From Lama guanicoe (taxonomy: Eukaryota), in assembly GCA_013239625.1 (NCBI GenBank), contig MU054843.1:5313184-5377183 (forward strand): a stretch of DNA of 64,000 bases. Direction: 5' to 3'. A program made the position numbers and the translations under genes. Position 1 is the first letter of the stretch, and each line of letters opens with the position of its first letter. This document shows, one piece after another, positions 23,621 to 37,863 of this stretch. Below the pieces are notes generated by a model. It made no database searches and was not told the DNA's origin. It was given only the letters and a program-made list of their open reading frames with translations.

Positions 23621-26600
23621 TTATGAGTATTATTATTTTCCTGACATACACATTCTAATCACTAACAGTGCTTCACTCTAATAATGATTCTAAATGAGGA
23701 AGGACAAGGCCACACTTGGATTATGCAGGGGGCTGTCTTCAGGAGTAGGGGAAAACTGAGATTGGGGCTGCCTAGGACCCAGTCTGGGCTTGGGGCAACT
23801 CACCAGAAGCACCACTGGTGCAGGCCAGTCCCAGGTTCCAGAAAGGGACTTAACAAATTTGAGGAGGAAGACACTTCAAAACAAGATACCCTGCGAAGTG
23901 TGAGGGCTGGGACAGGGGGTAGAGTAGAACATGTTTTTATATATTAATAAGGAAGCATGTATGTTATTTTATCACAATTTTGATAATTGAATTTCAGTAT
24001 AATTGGTGTCCTTTATTATCCAATGTGTGTATTTTAATTTTTTACATTTAAAAGTATTCTTCTGAGAGGGGATCCATACGCTTCACCAGACAGCCCAATA
24101 CCCCAAAAAGTTTAAAGATCCTGGATTTGGAAGTTTAGCTTCTCTCTGCTGATATGCAGAGGAACTGAAAACACTTCTTACAGGCACAAGTAAGTTCTGC
24201 ATAGCCAAGATGGCAGGATCTTTCAGGTGCCTGGCAAGCTGTCTACCATAAGGACACGGGATGTGCGTGGTTGGCCAGGCTGGCCTGCTAAAGCCCTAAT
24301 TGGCCTGAGGGAGGAGCAGCTTCTGCAGCAAGCCTGGACTCCTCTAGCACCAGGCGCTCCTCCTGCCCACAGTTTTCATCAAACACTGCCCTTCTCTTTT
24401 CATCTAGTCTCAGAACTGGCTTTTAATTGGCTGCCAAGTCTGAAGCATGCAGAGCACAGCAGAATGCAGTCACTGTGCTGACAGCCCTGTAAGAGTCAGC
24501 ACAAAGCGCCCATGCACTGGGGGGCAGGAGGCCAGGCTCAGCAGAGGCAGCCAGAGTGAGCTGAATGTGGAGCTCCTTTTGGGAGACCACTGCCTCTCCT
24601 CTGGATCCTCAAGAATCCTGTCTGGAGGAGAGTGGCCCCAGGGCAGCCTGTGAGCCCTTCGTTGAGTGGTACAAGGCTCCAGGACCTCCATTTCCAAGAT
24701 AAGAGCTTGTCCCTGCTCTTAGAGGTCCTAGGTAACAAAGCTAGAAGAAAGCTAGAGAATGGTGGCGACCCTCTGGTCTCAGTCTCATTTTAGTGCTATG
24801 GACATGAGACCAAGAAAGGTGAAATGTCTTCTCAGAATCACGAGATTCATCTACCAAGAGGCAGGTCAAAATTTTGGTGACTTGACAGCTATAGTTCTAA
24901 GACCTGGCAGGGCCTGGACACATAAAAATGTGTTGAAGGGACAAGTGAGCACAACCCAATCTGGGTGTTCTTTCTATCCCATCAAACCTTTATACACCTT
25001 CACTCAAGAGAATGGAAAAAACAGTGGGCCTGGGTGAACTTCTTCATTTTAATTTTCTCTTTACCAAAACAAATGGCAAATCATCCTCTTATCTCTCTTC
25101 CTTCTCTCTTCATTCCAAAATCTAAAAAACGCCCACGATTTGGCAAGCTCCTAGGTCACAAGGGTGTGTTTTGTTCTATGTTTGATAATCCTAGGGTCAT
25201 CATTGCTTCAGCTTTAAAACGAAGCTGTGCTTTAGGCTGATATAACACACCTGGCCTGGGGTCAGCAGAAAGGAAGTGGGAGGGAAAGTGCTAGGAACTC
25301 TCTGTGACCCGGGATGAGGTGGGAGGGAGGGAGGAGGAAGACCCCTGCACAGAGGTCAGTGTTGAGTCTAAGGGTGTCTGAGGAGACCTGGGCTGTCGGC
25401 TCACGCCTGTATCTCCACTGCCTACAGCCGCCATACATGCAGCACACATATTAGGTAGTCGGTAGAGTTTTTTTTGGCTTGTTAACTGACTGACAGGTGA
25501 GTGAAATCACCTATGAACTAAGCTTTGGTGGCCTACACAGCCTTCTCTGTCTTCTCTCTGCAGGTGAGATGAACACCAAGAGCTAAGGTCCTAACTGGTC
25601 TATGCCAGGGCTAGATCTCAAATGTGCCTTCCTGGGCTCCAGTAATGAGAGATAGGAGCCCAGGTTGGGTTCTGGATTGCACATGTGTATGCACCTTGCC
25701 AGTATGTGCCTCTCTAGTCAGCTAACAGGGCTGACAGCCAGACCCAAAGCTGAAGGAATCTTCCCTATCTATCTTTCCTGAATCTATCTTCCCTATCTCC
25801 ATTACAGACAGCATGGATGAGGTCTTGGTGTTAGAGAGTCACAGCTTTCAAAAGTTGTCTCTGGCCTAAGGTTTTTCAAGGAGGTATACCTCACTAACAA
25901 CAAAAAATTTTTTAAATATATAATGTATGTATAATACTATATATGTATGTATACTACTATATATAAAATATATTTTCTGGAAATAGTCCATGAAAATCAA
26001 ATAAAAATCAAACAGAAAAACAAGTATGTTCTGTTTTAGCTTATTTGCTTTTTTCAGTCTTCTTCAAATACTTGGATGCATACTAAGTTGATGAGTTCAT
26101 GAATTGGACACTGTATGTGTTTTGAACTTTTATAAAATCCTTAGGAGATTATAACAGAAAAAGGAATTTTTTTTCCTTTGTGTGACATATTTGAAAGGAA
26201 AGGAAAAACAGGAGGCAAATGTCTCTAAATAGTTAAAGGTAATGTGATTTTAGCAATTTAGGTAAATAAATATTTGACACCCTACTATACACTTAGCACT
26301 GAGCAGTGCCTTGGAGAGTCAGGAATGAACACAATAAATCCCCATAGATAAGGCTTGGGATACCTATAATCTTTATATACACAATGGATAAAATGTCTGC
26401 ACAAATAGTAATAATGCATGCCGAAAGTGCAAGATGCAACAAAAGACTCCAAGCAAAATATTTGGAGTGATAAAGAATATTTTTGGTGGAATGAGAGGGT
26501 TTAAGAGTGAATGAGAAATGAGATGGAGCAGATAGTGAATGCAGGAATGTAAAGTTAAGAAAGTGAGACAGTAATGAAATGAATGGCAGGGGCAAAGAAA

Positions 26601-27343
26601 GAATTATTTTTCTCTAAATGGGAAGTATGGAACTCAGATCTACCAACTAAAATTCAACTATTCAGTCTCTCTGTCTCTCTGCCTCTATCTCTAACTCAAC
26701 AGGTTCCAGAGATACAAGAAGTTGTAGAATCAAGTGCACAAAGTTGAGTAGGGAGAGCGGAGAGGGTTAACATTGCCAATGACGACCAGCTTTTACTCAG
26801 ACCTGAGAAAGGAAGGTTGAGGGGTCCTATGGCTTAATTCCTTTCTGCCTTAGAACCTCTCTTTACTTTTCCTAAGTGATTTTCCGTGTTCGTGCTTCCT
26901 TAATGATAGTGAGAGATGTCAACATGAAATAGGGCAAGAGAACGTATCTGAGTGCTGTGTTATTGTGTTTTAGCTAGGCACTTAAATACATCCACAAATC
27001 AACCTCTGCTCAGAAGAATGGCGATGTGAAAGGTATTGTCAGCGTCCTTGGTCTCTTAACCCCCTTCTTTAAAATGACTCTCCAGTTCTCTGCCGTTTGC
27101 ACTTTCTCTTGGCAATTTTTCCTCAATAGTATCTTTCCTGTTTTCTCTCTAGCCATTATGTTATCTGTTTTACTGATGAATACTATTTCCTCCCTATCCA
27201 CACATTAGCTTACTTCAGCTTTATTTTATTCTTTCCTGACTATTGCCTTTTTACAAACTTCCCACATATGTCCCCTTTGGCACTTTTCCAGCCATTTTCC
27301 TTCTTAACTCCTATTTTTTGCAGAGTTAATAAAAATGTATATG

Positions 27344-27345
<2 letters not shown>

Positions 27346-27393
<48 letters not shown>
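27346..27393. repeat. (TATC)n / GATA tetranucleotide microsatellite
   Basis: About 11-12 tatc units read directly. Confidence 0.95.
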
Positions 27394-27394
<1 letters not shown>

Positions 27395-27669
27395 CCTGTT
27401 CCCAAGGGAAAGCTTCACAGGAAGTACCTCAGAGGTAAAATTCCACATTGTAACCTGGCCCCAAATGCTTGTTTAAGTATTGCCCTTCTGATAGCAGATT
27501 CTATTTCAAGCCATTGGAGCAACATCCTGAGAATGGAACAAGTGTCCCTCTCTCCCTGTTCTGCTTTCTTGTCAAGTGAGATACTGTGTGTAAAAAGGCT
27601 TTGAAAACTTAAAAGCATGTGCTGTGGTGGTTGTCATTGCTGTTATTACAGTTTGCCCTTGACTTCGTT

Positions 27670-28460
27670 GAACAAGAATTTATTGAGCATGTGTCAGGTA
27701 TTGGAGATAAAATGTGAACAAATAGCATAGTCCAGAATGCAAATAGTGAGAACAAAAAAAAAAAAAGAGAGAAAAAGGAAAATTACATGGTTCCTAGCCT
27801 CATAAGTCTTATAGTCTAAAGCAGAATATGGATGTCATTCAAATAATTATGTGACTAGGTATAAAATTAATACTAGGCTTGGTGCTATGAAGAAAAGGTT
27901 TATCATACCATGTAGTAAGGGGCAGGCCCCTGATCCAGCCTTGGGAGGAGTTGGAGTCACCTGTTGCATCTGGGAATTGGAGGATGAGTAGGAGCTAACT
28001 GCCAGTGCAGATGATGCAAAAGCACCCCCAGGCACAACACTCCTCAAGGTGGAAAGCAGCAGGGTTAGTTGTTCCAGGAACTGGAGGAAGGTCAGTGTGA
28101 TTATGTTGGAGAAGGGAGGAGGCTGGGATGAAGGAGGGTTGTGGTCTGTGATGTGGCTGCAGAAACAAAATGGTTGGGCCAATTTCATGAGGAACAATAA
28201 GAGTTTTTAGCTCAATTCAGAGAGCAATGGGAAGACAGCAAAGCATTTAAATAGAAAGGAGTTCCATTAAAAATCTCACTCTCTAGATACAGTAGAGAAT
28301 GGATTGTGTTGTAGGGAAGAGCGGGGAAGAGTTACTCCAAGGAGTCCAGGGGGCTAGTATAGGTGAGAGGAATGATGGCGATTTAAGCTTAGGTAGTGGG
28401 AGCAAAGTAGGAAAGAAGTGAGGCAGTCAAGAAATACTTAGGATGTAAAATTGTCAGAAT
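27670..28460. mobile_element. L2 remnant
   Basis: atttattgagca...gagagcaatgggaag...atcactct...gagaatggattg. Confidence 0.6.
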
Positions 28461-29227
28461 GAACATCTTTCTCCACTCCCTACCACAGCCTAGGAGTGTA
28501 AATATACAGGGGTTTCTGAGGAGCTCTGTTTCACAATGACTGAAAAGTCCATGGATGCTCTCTCCAAAGATGCTAGAGGACAGGATCCCTGAACTTCAGA
28601 AATGAGGAAGGCTCCATTCAACTATGGATCAGCAGCCTGATGGGCGAGACCTCCCAGAACACAGGGCTGTGATGGATGCTCTGGTCTAGTCAGTCCACAG
28701 ACACCATGTGAGCCTTTTCCTCAGTCCACAGGTCCTGGCCCCACTACAGCCACTGAAGGATCCCAAGACCAGGTCTCATGGTGAACACTCAGCAAACTCC
28801 TTGTCCCTTCTCCTTCCTCAGAGTCCTGATCCCTCCTCTGTTTTGGCCTAAGACACAAATCTTTTGTAGGATAAGAGCTTGATTGCTTCTCTACTAGGGA
28901 AAAATACAAAAAAGCAGGTTGTTGCTGGGGGGTACAACAGATCCCAGTACAAACCTGGAGGTTTCTCTTTCTGAACTCTAAAAGGTAATTTTTTTTTGGA
29001 CAATAGAATGTGATTACCTTCAAGGAGGTTCTCACCTGAAAATATAGCAGTTCTGTTTAGGACCCTGTCTTTGTGGCTAGAGATGGAAAAAATAGCTTCA
29101 GTCATTCTCTCAATGCTGTTTGAAGATCCTCTGAACCTCTCTTTCTACAGTTCAAAACAAAAACTTAAGTTTAGTCTTTGACAAGGTATTCTGCTACATC
29201 TGCTACATTGTCAGTGATGCTTACACT

Positions 29228-29600
29228 GTGGAGAAGGTATCTAGTTGTCCTCCAAAATCCAGTCTCCTCCTCTACCTAGTCATATGACCAGACTAAATTC
29301 CCAGCCTTCCTTGTCGTGTGTGGCCCAAGGACTAAGTTCTCTCCAACGAATGTGAGTCACAGTAATTTGCTCCACTTCCAGGCCTGATCCACAAAACCCT
29401 CCCACTATTGGCTGATGGGGCAGTTGACACTCAAGGTGACTTTGGAATCCACATGCTGAGGATAGAAAAGAAGCCATCAGCCTGGGCCCTGAATGATTAT
29501 GGAAGATAATGGCTCTCCCAGCCAGAACACATCATGACTGTTAGAAAGACAGGAGAAAGAAATAAGCTTCTTTTCTTCAAGCTACTAAAGTTCTGAAGTA
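29228..29600 (+). mobile_element. MLT1J-like MaLR LTR
   Basis: ttcccagccttccttg...gactaagttct...tccacttccaggcctg...cagcctgggccctgaatga...agaaataagcttc. Confidence 0.7.
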
Positions 29601-32600
29601 TAGCAAGTAAACAGACCATTTTAATAACCTGAGGTGACTCATCCACCAAACAATGAGTTTCTTGAGGGCAAGGACTACACTACACTTGATTCTTCACTGA
29701 CTCTATTGTCCCTAGCACGGTTCTTGACATTTAGGAAGCTTTCAATAGATGTATTTCAAGTAAGTGGTATTGCTTAGGAAACATTATGCAACGGGCTTGC
29801 AAATTTGCTCACATGGTAACTCAGATGTACAGAGAGATGTACTTCTAGATGCGGTTTTCCTCATGATGGTTTTCCTGCTTGGTGGTTAGGGTATTAGAAA
29901 AAAGGTAACTAAATGTCCCATCCAGTAAAACTTTGATCTACTGTCATACTTAAATAGCTTCATTCAGTTATTTTATACTTTGGAGATAATTGCTCTTATT
30001 TATTCTCACTTTACTTTCTCCAAGATGGCATCTATTGTGTAAGAGGGAAAACACTTGAGTAAAAGGGTCTCAGACCTGTCTGATGTCTTCCCAATCCTAG
30101 GTGGCCTTGGCTGGTGGAGGATCCAATATGTGGTGTGCTGCTGCTGAATTCTTTCTCAGTTTAGTCAGAGTCCTTTGTGCACTTCTTGGTGACTTGACTC
30201 CCCTCACTTTCTGCATATATATAGTTATAATTATCTGAGTCTGTCCTGTCCTAGAACTCTGGTCCAGGTTGTCCTTCTCCAGCTTATACTCTGAGATTTC
30301 CTCTCCTTGGCCATAGTGGCCCCAAGGGTGACCCCCTGGCTCTCTCTTTGGTGTTCATGCCATACAGGAATCAGGGAGACTTAGGAGTACAGTATAGATT
30401 CTCCATCCAAATGCTGACCTTTTTACTCAGCTGTGCTGTCCCTTGTTGCATAGAGTCCATGCACAGGGGCCTCTTGTAGGTTCATAACAGGAAATGATAC
30501 CAAAGCCCAGAAAAAGGAATTCAGGACCAGCATGTCTGACAGTTTTCCTCTCCTGCCTTTGTCTTCTTCTACAGTAACCTAGGGCCAAAAAGGCTGGACT
30601 TTTTCTCCTTTCTGGATGTCAAATCCTCCATCTACCTAGCAAACAAGCTTCAAGGGCTGGCCATCACAGCAGAAAGCTTGTCTGATCCTAGAGCTTATTC
30701 CTTCGTGGAGAGACACATGCTCCAGATGTGGTTTTTGCTATATGAAATGGGAGATAAAAGATTTGAGAAATCTTTTCTCTGTCATAAATCTGAATTTCTA
30801 GTCTTTTTAGAAAATTATTCCGATGCTAGAAAATTTGCAAATGTTGATGAAACTCAGGGGAGTAAATCTTTTGAAAGATGTAATTTCAAGTCATGTTCAT
30901 GCTCCCCACATTCTTTTTATAACAAGTCCCCTCAAATAATCAAATCAGTCTCTAGGACACAGATAACTTGGTCTGATCAGAGAATCACACACTAGGAAAT
31001 ACCAAAAAACGGAAAACTTCCATTTAAATTATATCTTATTCCAACTCCATTTGGGGCTTAGAAAAATCTGAAATGCTGACTTGTAAAAATCAGATGCTTA
31101 GAAGGTGGGAGGATCATGATTTCGTCTACCACCAACATCTTTATCAGCGGTGATACTGACATAGGTGTCTTGCTTAATAACAGTTGTCTCTCTTAAACTA
31201 TAGAGAATGCAATTCTTTTTACAAAGAAACCGCATTGGCTCTGACTTCTTCCCAAGTTTGAACAGTGGATGCCATGGAAATGAATTCTGAGCACAGACAA
31301 GAAGCAACTAGTTAGTTCTCCCCAATCATCTAGGAGCTTATTAAACTAAAGACAACTTAAATAATCATGTGATTTGTTTAACTTTCTCCTTTCAAAAAGG
31401 GGATTACATTAAACATAGTTATTCAGGTCAGATGGTCTACAGCAGATATCTTAAAGAAAGATTGGGAGACTAAAGCCTAATAAAGATATTAGTGTCTATA
31501 ATTCATTCTGACATCACAACAAAAAAGGAGCTTTTTTTTTTAATTTGAAGTATGTAATGTGGAATCTTCATAATAACCCAGTGAGGTAGTCACAATTATT
31601 ATTTAACTTTTCCAGGTGAGGAAGCTGAGGCTTGGAGAAGTTAAGTGGCTTAGTCAAGGTCCACAGGGAGGAAGCAAGTAGTAAATGGAGCCAGGACTTG
31701 AGCCGAAGACCTCTGCTTCTTGGGGCTATTTTCACTTCACTCACTGTTACACCATCAGTCCTCGTGTCTGAATGTCATTCCTTCTGATTTCCAACATCTG
31801 GCATGTCTTTTTTCTCTTTAAGACCGTCATGGCATGTTAACTGACCAGAGCCCCCAGAAATGGATAGTGATGCTGTGCAGACTTCCATGATGTAGGAATT
31901 GGCTTATTAGTAATTTAAATCAGACTGTAAAATAATCCTTCTCCTACTCTGTTACTTTAAGCCATCTGCTTTGTGATGATCAGAGTTTTAGCCTAATGAA
32001 AGAAAAAGTTGAATTAAAAGTTTTTTTGTTTTGTTTTGTTTTGTTTTTGATAACTAAATGCAAGGGGCATAGCTGGGAGACTTCTGCCACAAACTTCAAA
32101 TGGGTCACCTGCCTCATTTATGTGCAGAGCAGACAAGTCTTATCTTTCTGAGATTTTTTTGAGAGAACAAGGCAGTGGGAATGTGAGAGCTTTCTTCCCT
32201 CTGGGCTCCATAGCTCTTCCAAGCCAACAATACAGGAGCAAGAAAATATAAGAGAAAACTCACTTTTTTATTAACCAGTCTGTCTGGGTTCTGTTTCTTT
32301 TTCTACATGAAAGTTTGTAACAGTTTTTACAATGTAAACTGTCCAAAACCATAGACGAATTTAAAAAAAAAAAAGAGGAGAAAGAGGAAGGAAGAGAAAG
32401 AGATGTATTTCTGTCTTTAAACACTCTGAAAAACCTTTGTAGAATGACAGACTCTTCAGACTCTGAGCCTGGTCTTTCCTGCTCACATTTTTGCTGAGCT
32501 AGGACGACTATGTCTTACTCTCACCTTTCATTTTCCCTCTTGTTCTTCTTTCTCCAGACAGAACATCCATTAGTACCCCTGGTGTGTGTAATCTAAGCAA

Positions 32601-34278
32601 TAATTCATTTCTTTATTAATTTAAAACATAACTATTTGTTCATGTCTTCATTATGTGAAACATTGATCTAGAATTGATCAAATTCAGCTGACCATATGTG
32701 AAAGTTCATCAATAAACTTGAACAGTATCTGACCAGAGCTATTTCTTCTATGCTCCTGCATCAGGTCTGAGAGTCTCTCTCTCACTGAAATTTCTTAGCA
32801 TTACTCCATGGACATGTTCCAATTAGCATGGCTTATTAGAAGCCTTAGCAAAACGTTTAGACATTTCAGTGAAGCTTATGTATTATTTCACACATTAGCA
32901 GAGATTAGCTTCAGCAATCACAATTCCCATTTTCTACAGAAGCCTGGCAGTTAATGCTTAAAACAGGCTGAACATAGGACAAAAGGTGCAAAGGTGTTTT
33001 AAAAGAAAATATAAATAGATTTAGTCAAAATACAGTTGTCAAACCAAACATGTCAGTTGGTCTCAGACATCTCCCTGACTTCCATTTTGTAATCCTTGGT
33101 TTTTGTGTTTTATTAGGAGGACAATTGGTTAATTATGAAACTAGAGATCAGCTTTCCACTGGGATGGGACCCGAAACTAATTGGTATTGAAGAGGGAAGG
33201 CAGTCAGGACTATGGGCTGTTAGTTGTCAGCCACTATATGGGTCTAGGGGTACTGGGGGGTTGAGCAGGAGGGCTTGCTTAGGGCACAAGAAGGGCGCCT
33301 GCAGAGGGAGGGAGAGCTGTTTCACAGTTCTTTCTAGGATTAGCCTATTTCCTGTCTCTAGTCTTTGTCCTCAGTACTGGCTGAGAACCAAAAAGCAAAA
33401 TGTTCACAATCCCCTGTACCTGACACATCTATATGACTTATGAGAATATCACCACAAAGATGAAGAAAATACTTTCCTTCTGCAAACTGATAAAAAAGCC
33501 ACAGGATCTGCCTCTTACTGGCAAAGATGAAGAATCTTTCCTCTCAGCAACTCAGTCCTTTTCTCCTTGAGGAGCCTTCAGGAGTTAAAATTCAGATGAG
33601 GACAACAGATACCCTCCACTGCCACTGGTGCCAGAGTGGCGCTTCTAGGGCATGTCTTTCATCACCATCACAAATTTCAGCAGGAGCTGGCAGGCAACAG
33701 CTTAGAGAATCTGCGTAATCAAGAAAACACTCTGTCACAAGTTGGAATTCAGAAGTCACATTGGTATTATTCTTGTTTTCAAAGAAGATTATGAGATCAA
33801 AGATTAAGAGCGTGGCTTTCCTAACTCCTGGTCATAAGAGAACCTCTGTGATTAAATTCTACATTAGGAAACAGGTGTAGAGAAATGGAGCTATTCTTTC
33901 TCAGAATGGAATCTCTGAGAAGGACATCAATATACATGGTGATATGGGAGGAAAGAATTTATATGCTGTTTACAGTGTTTAGGCCCAATAAGGTGGATTA
34001 AATTTTTATAGATGCTTTTATAATTCTCTAATCGTTACTTTGGATAGTAGGGGAATAAAATCATTCCTAGTTTAGGGATTTAAAAAAATCTATTATTTAA
34101 AGGGTATCNNNNNNNNNNNNNNNNNNNNNNNNNNNNNNNNNNNNNNNNNNNNNNNNNNNNNNNNNNNNNNNNNNNNNNNNNNNNNNNNNNNNNNNNNNNN
34201 NNNNNNNNNNNNNNNNNNNNNNNNNNNNNNNNNNNNNNNNNNNNNNNNNNNNNNNNNNNNNNNNNNNNNNNNNNNNNN

Positions 34279-34650
34279 TCCAGTTACAATGTGTCAGGTT
34301 CTGGTGAACAGCACAATGTACCAGTCATGCATATACATACATATATTTGTTTCATATTTTTTTCATTTAAAGTTATTATAAAATACTGAATATAGTTCCC
34401 TCAAGCATAGTCAAGTTCTGGTGATAGTTCTTGTCTTGCAGATGGCCACCTTCTTACTGTGTCCTCACATGACAGAGAGAGAGAGAAAGTTCTCTGAAGA
34501 GCACTAGTTCCATCCGACCAGAACCCCACCCTCATGATCTCATCTAACCCTAATTACCTCTCAAAGGCCCCATCTCTATATACCACCCCACTGGGGATTA
34601 GGGATTCAACATATGAATTTTACAGAGACACAAATATTCACTCCATAATA
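34279..34650 (-). mobile_element. Young L1 3' fragment (34279-34400) followed by an MLT1A-like LTR (34405-34650), after gap N 34109-34278
   Basis: cagttacaatgtgtca...atactgaatatagttccct; then gcagatggccaccttc...cctcatgatctcatctaaccctaattacctc. Confidence 0.75.
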
Positions 34651-36407
34651 TATAGCAACATAAGACTCAAACATTTGGCCATATGGAATAGTGATAAAAA
34701 AATATGAATACCTGTAGTCTTTAGAACCAAGAATTTTTACTAATGTGTGCCTCACTATTTTGTGACTCTAAAATCTACAACTCCATTACCTAGAGACATA
34801 TTCAGACTTCACACACCTAAACATGGAAGAAAGGAGTTATACATAAGAAGCACCATCTGCTGCATCAGGTAACTTAATGTTTGGAAACGGAGTCATCCCC
34901 AAATTCTAATTACAATAGAGTACAGAAAATGGAATAAATAACTCAGCAGCCCAAAATTTAAATAAAATTTGGGCAGTTATTTCTTCTGTCTCAGCTTCTT
35001 CATCTGTAAAATGAGGAAAATACATACCCTACCTATTATAGAGAATTGGTATGGGTGTCAAATGAGGTGTTATTAATAAAGCTTGCCTGAATAAGTGGAT
35101 GTTATTACAGTACTAATATTGCAAACATTTATTTAGCTCCATATGTCTTGCATCCTGCTATATCAAGAAATACAAGCTAGTAAGACAAAGGTCTCTACCA
35201 ATAAGGAGATCACTATCTGGTGGCAAAGACAAATCCATAAACTATGCTAAACAACTAATTAGGGTACAGTGTAATAAATGTCATAGTAAAGCTGTGTATG
35301 AGATACTATGGAAATACCACACTGGAAGCTTAATATGGGATTTAGGAACCAATTATTTGGCATGAGCGTCTGGTCACCAACCACTTGCTCAGGCCTTTCA
35401 GTTGGCTCCTACATTTCTTGCCCAGATTTTCCTTGTGTAGACTAGATTGGCTGCATGAATTTTGAAGCTGTACTGTTTGAGATAATTAATGCTTAGGATT
35501 CTTATGTCATCTGGATAAACTGACCTCTTTATCATTGGCCATCTTTATCCCCGGTAGTGTTCTTTGCTACTTTGATATAGTCACTATAAAACTTTCTGTG
35601 GATTTAGGTTAGCATGGTATATCTTTTTTCATCCTTTCACTTTTAACCAATTTATGTCCTTATGTTTAAAGTAAAATTTTTTTGTGAGCAGCATATAGTA
35701 GTTCCTGCTTGTTAATTCAATCTGGCAATCTTATCTTTTAAATGGAGTGTTCAGACCATTTATAGTTAATGTGATGGTTGATATAGCTGAGTTTAAATCT
35801 ACCATCATGCTATTTGTTTTCTCTTTGTCCCATCTATTCTTTGTTCTTTTTTTCCTCTTTTTCTACCTTTTTAATATTGAATATTTTTAGTAATTTAATT
35901 TTATCTCATTTGTTTGCTTATAGATATAATTCTTTGCTATAGTTACTCTAGGGCTTTTAAATGATTGCTTCAAGTGATATTATACACATTCACATTTAAT
36001 AAGAACCTAATAAAATTAGACTTCTGTTCCTCCCCTTCTAGCCCTTGTGCTGTGGTGGTTATGCATTTTATTTCTATACATGTTATACATTGTCATTATT
36101 TTTGCTTTAAAAGACAGATTATCTTATAAAGAAAACTAAATAATAGAATAGTTTTTTATATTTATCCATGTAGCATTCACTTCTGGTGCTCCTCATTCCT
36201 TTATGTAAATCTCGGTTTCTATCTGGTATCATAAGAACTTCATTTTAAACTTATTGTAGTGTAGGTCTGGAGGTGATGAATTCTTTCAGCTTTTGTATAC
36301 CTGAAAAAAAGTTCCTATTTTGCCTTCATTTGGAAGATATTTTCACTAGCTAAAAAAATCATAAGTTGATAGTATTTTTTTCTTAGTACTCTAAAGATGT
36401 TGTTTCA

Positions 36408-37071
36408 AATAGTATGGAGATGCCTCAGAAAACTAAAATAGAATTACTGTATTTTCCAGTGATTCCATTCCTGGGTATATGTCTGAAGAAAATGAAAACA
36501 CTAATTCAAAAAGANNNNNNNNNNNNNNNNNNNNNNNNNNNNNNNNNNNNNNNNNNNNNNNNNNNNNNNNNNNNNNNNNNNNNNNNNNNNNNNNNNNNNN
36601 NNNNNNNNNNNNNNNNNNNNNNNNNNNNNNNNNNNNNNNNNNNNNNNNNNNNNNNNNNNGCTATTTGAAACAACATGGATAAACTTGGAGGGTATTATGC
36701 TTAGTGAAATAAGTCAGAGAAAGTCAAATACTATTTGTTATCACTTATAGGTGGAACATAAAAAATAAAACAAACTATAGAGAATGTAACAAAACAGACA
36801 CATACTGATAGATATAAAGAACTAACTAGTAGTTACCAGTGGGAAGAGGGAAGAGGGAGAGGCAAGATAAGGGTAAGGGATTAAGAGGTACAAACTATGC
36901 ATAAAATAAATAAGCTACAAGGATATATTGTACAGCACATTGAATATAGCCAATATTTTATAATAGCTATAAATGTAGTATAATCTTTAAAAATTGTGAA
37001 TCACTATGTTGTACACCTGAAACTTAAATAATATTATTAATAAACTATACCTCAACAAAAAATGGGGGAAA
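36408..37071 (+). mobile_element. 5'-truncated L1 (L1MA9/artiodactyl-like), gap N 36515-36659
   Basis: ORF2 C-terminus and 3' UTR; diverged 16-bp TSD taaagatgttgtttca (36392-36407) / taaagatgatgttcca (37072-37087). Confidence 0.85.
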
Positions 37072-37579
37072 TAAAGATGATGTTCCACTGTCTTCTAGTT
37101 CACATTATTTCCAAAGGGAAAACTTATCCTTATCTTTGCTCCTTTGTAACATGTCTTTTTCTCTGGCTGCTTTTATGATTTTGTTATCAGCGGATTTAAG
37201 CAATTTGATTATAGTGTGCCTAAATATAGATTTCTTCATGTTTCATGTGCTTGAGGTTTGCTGAGATTTCTAAAAATATAGTTCATAGTTTTTATTAAAT
37301 TTGGAGAAGTGTTGGCTATTACTTCTTCAAATAGTTTTTCAGCCTCACCACAACTCATTTGGAGACTTTAACTATAGATGTATGGTTGTTTGAATTTGTC
37401 CCACAGTTCAATAATTCTGTTCATTTTGCTCAGTCATATTTCCTATCTCTTTCTCTTTTTTTTCCTGCTCTCTCTTCAAGTCCATCAATCATCTGCATTG
37501 TCAATTCTATTAATCCCATCTAGTATATTTTTTGTCTAAGGCATTATAATTTTCATCTCTAGATTTTCAGTTTGGGTCA

Positions 37580-37863
37580 TTTTATTTTATTTTTAACTTT
37601 TTTTTATTGAGTTATAGTCATTTTACAATGTTATGCCAAATTCCAGTGTAGGGCACAATTTTTATACATGAACATACATACATTCATTGTCACATTTTTT
37701 TTCTCTGTGAGCTACCACAAGATCTTGTATATGTTTCCCTGTGCTATACAGTCTAATCTTGTTTATCTATTCTACATTTTGAAATCCCAGTCTGTCCTTT
37801 CCCATCTCCCACCACCTTGGCAACCACAAGTTTGTATTCTATGTCTATGAGTCTGTTTCTGTT
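37580..37863 (-). mobile_element. Young camelid-type L1 3' end, running into gap N 37864-38078
   Basis: T-tail, then ttccagtgtagggcacaattt...gtgagctaccacaagatcttgtata...tttgaaatcccagtctgtcc. Confidence 0.8.

Noticed and set aside
29018-29035. 18-nt minus-strand micro-exon candidate (ttttcag|...|gtaatc)
   Set aside because: Weak polypyrimidine tract and no supporting gene context
33615-33645. CTCF-like motif
   Set aside because: Needs a gap or several mismatches to fit the core consensus
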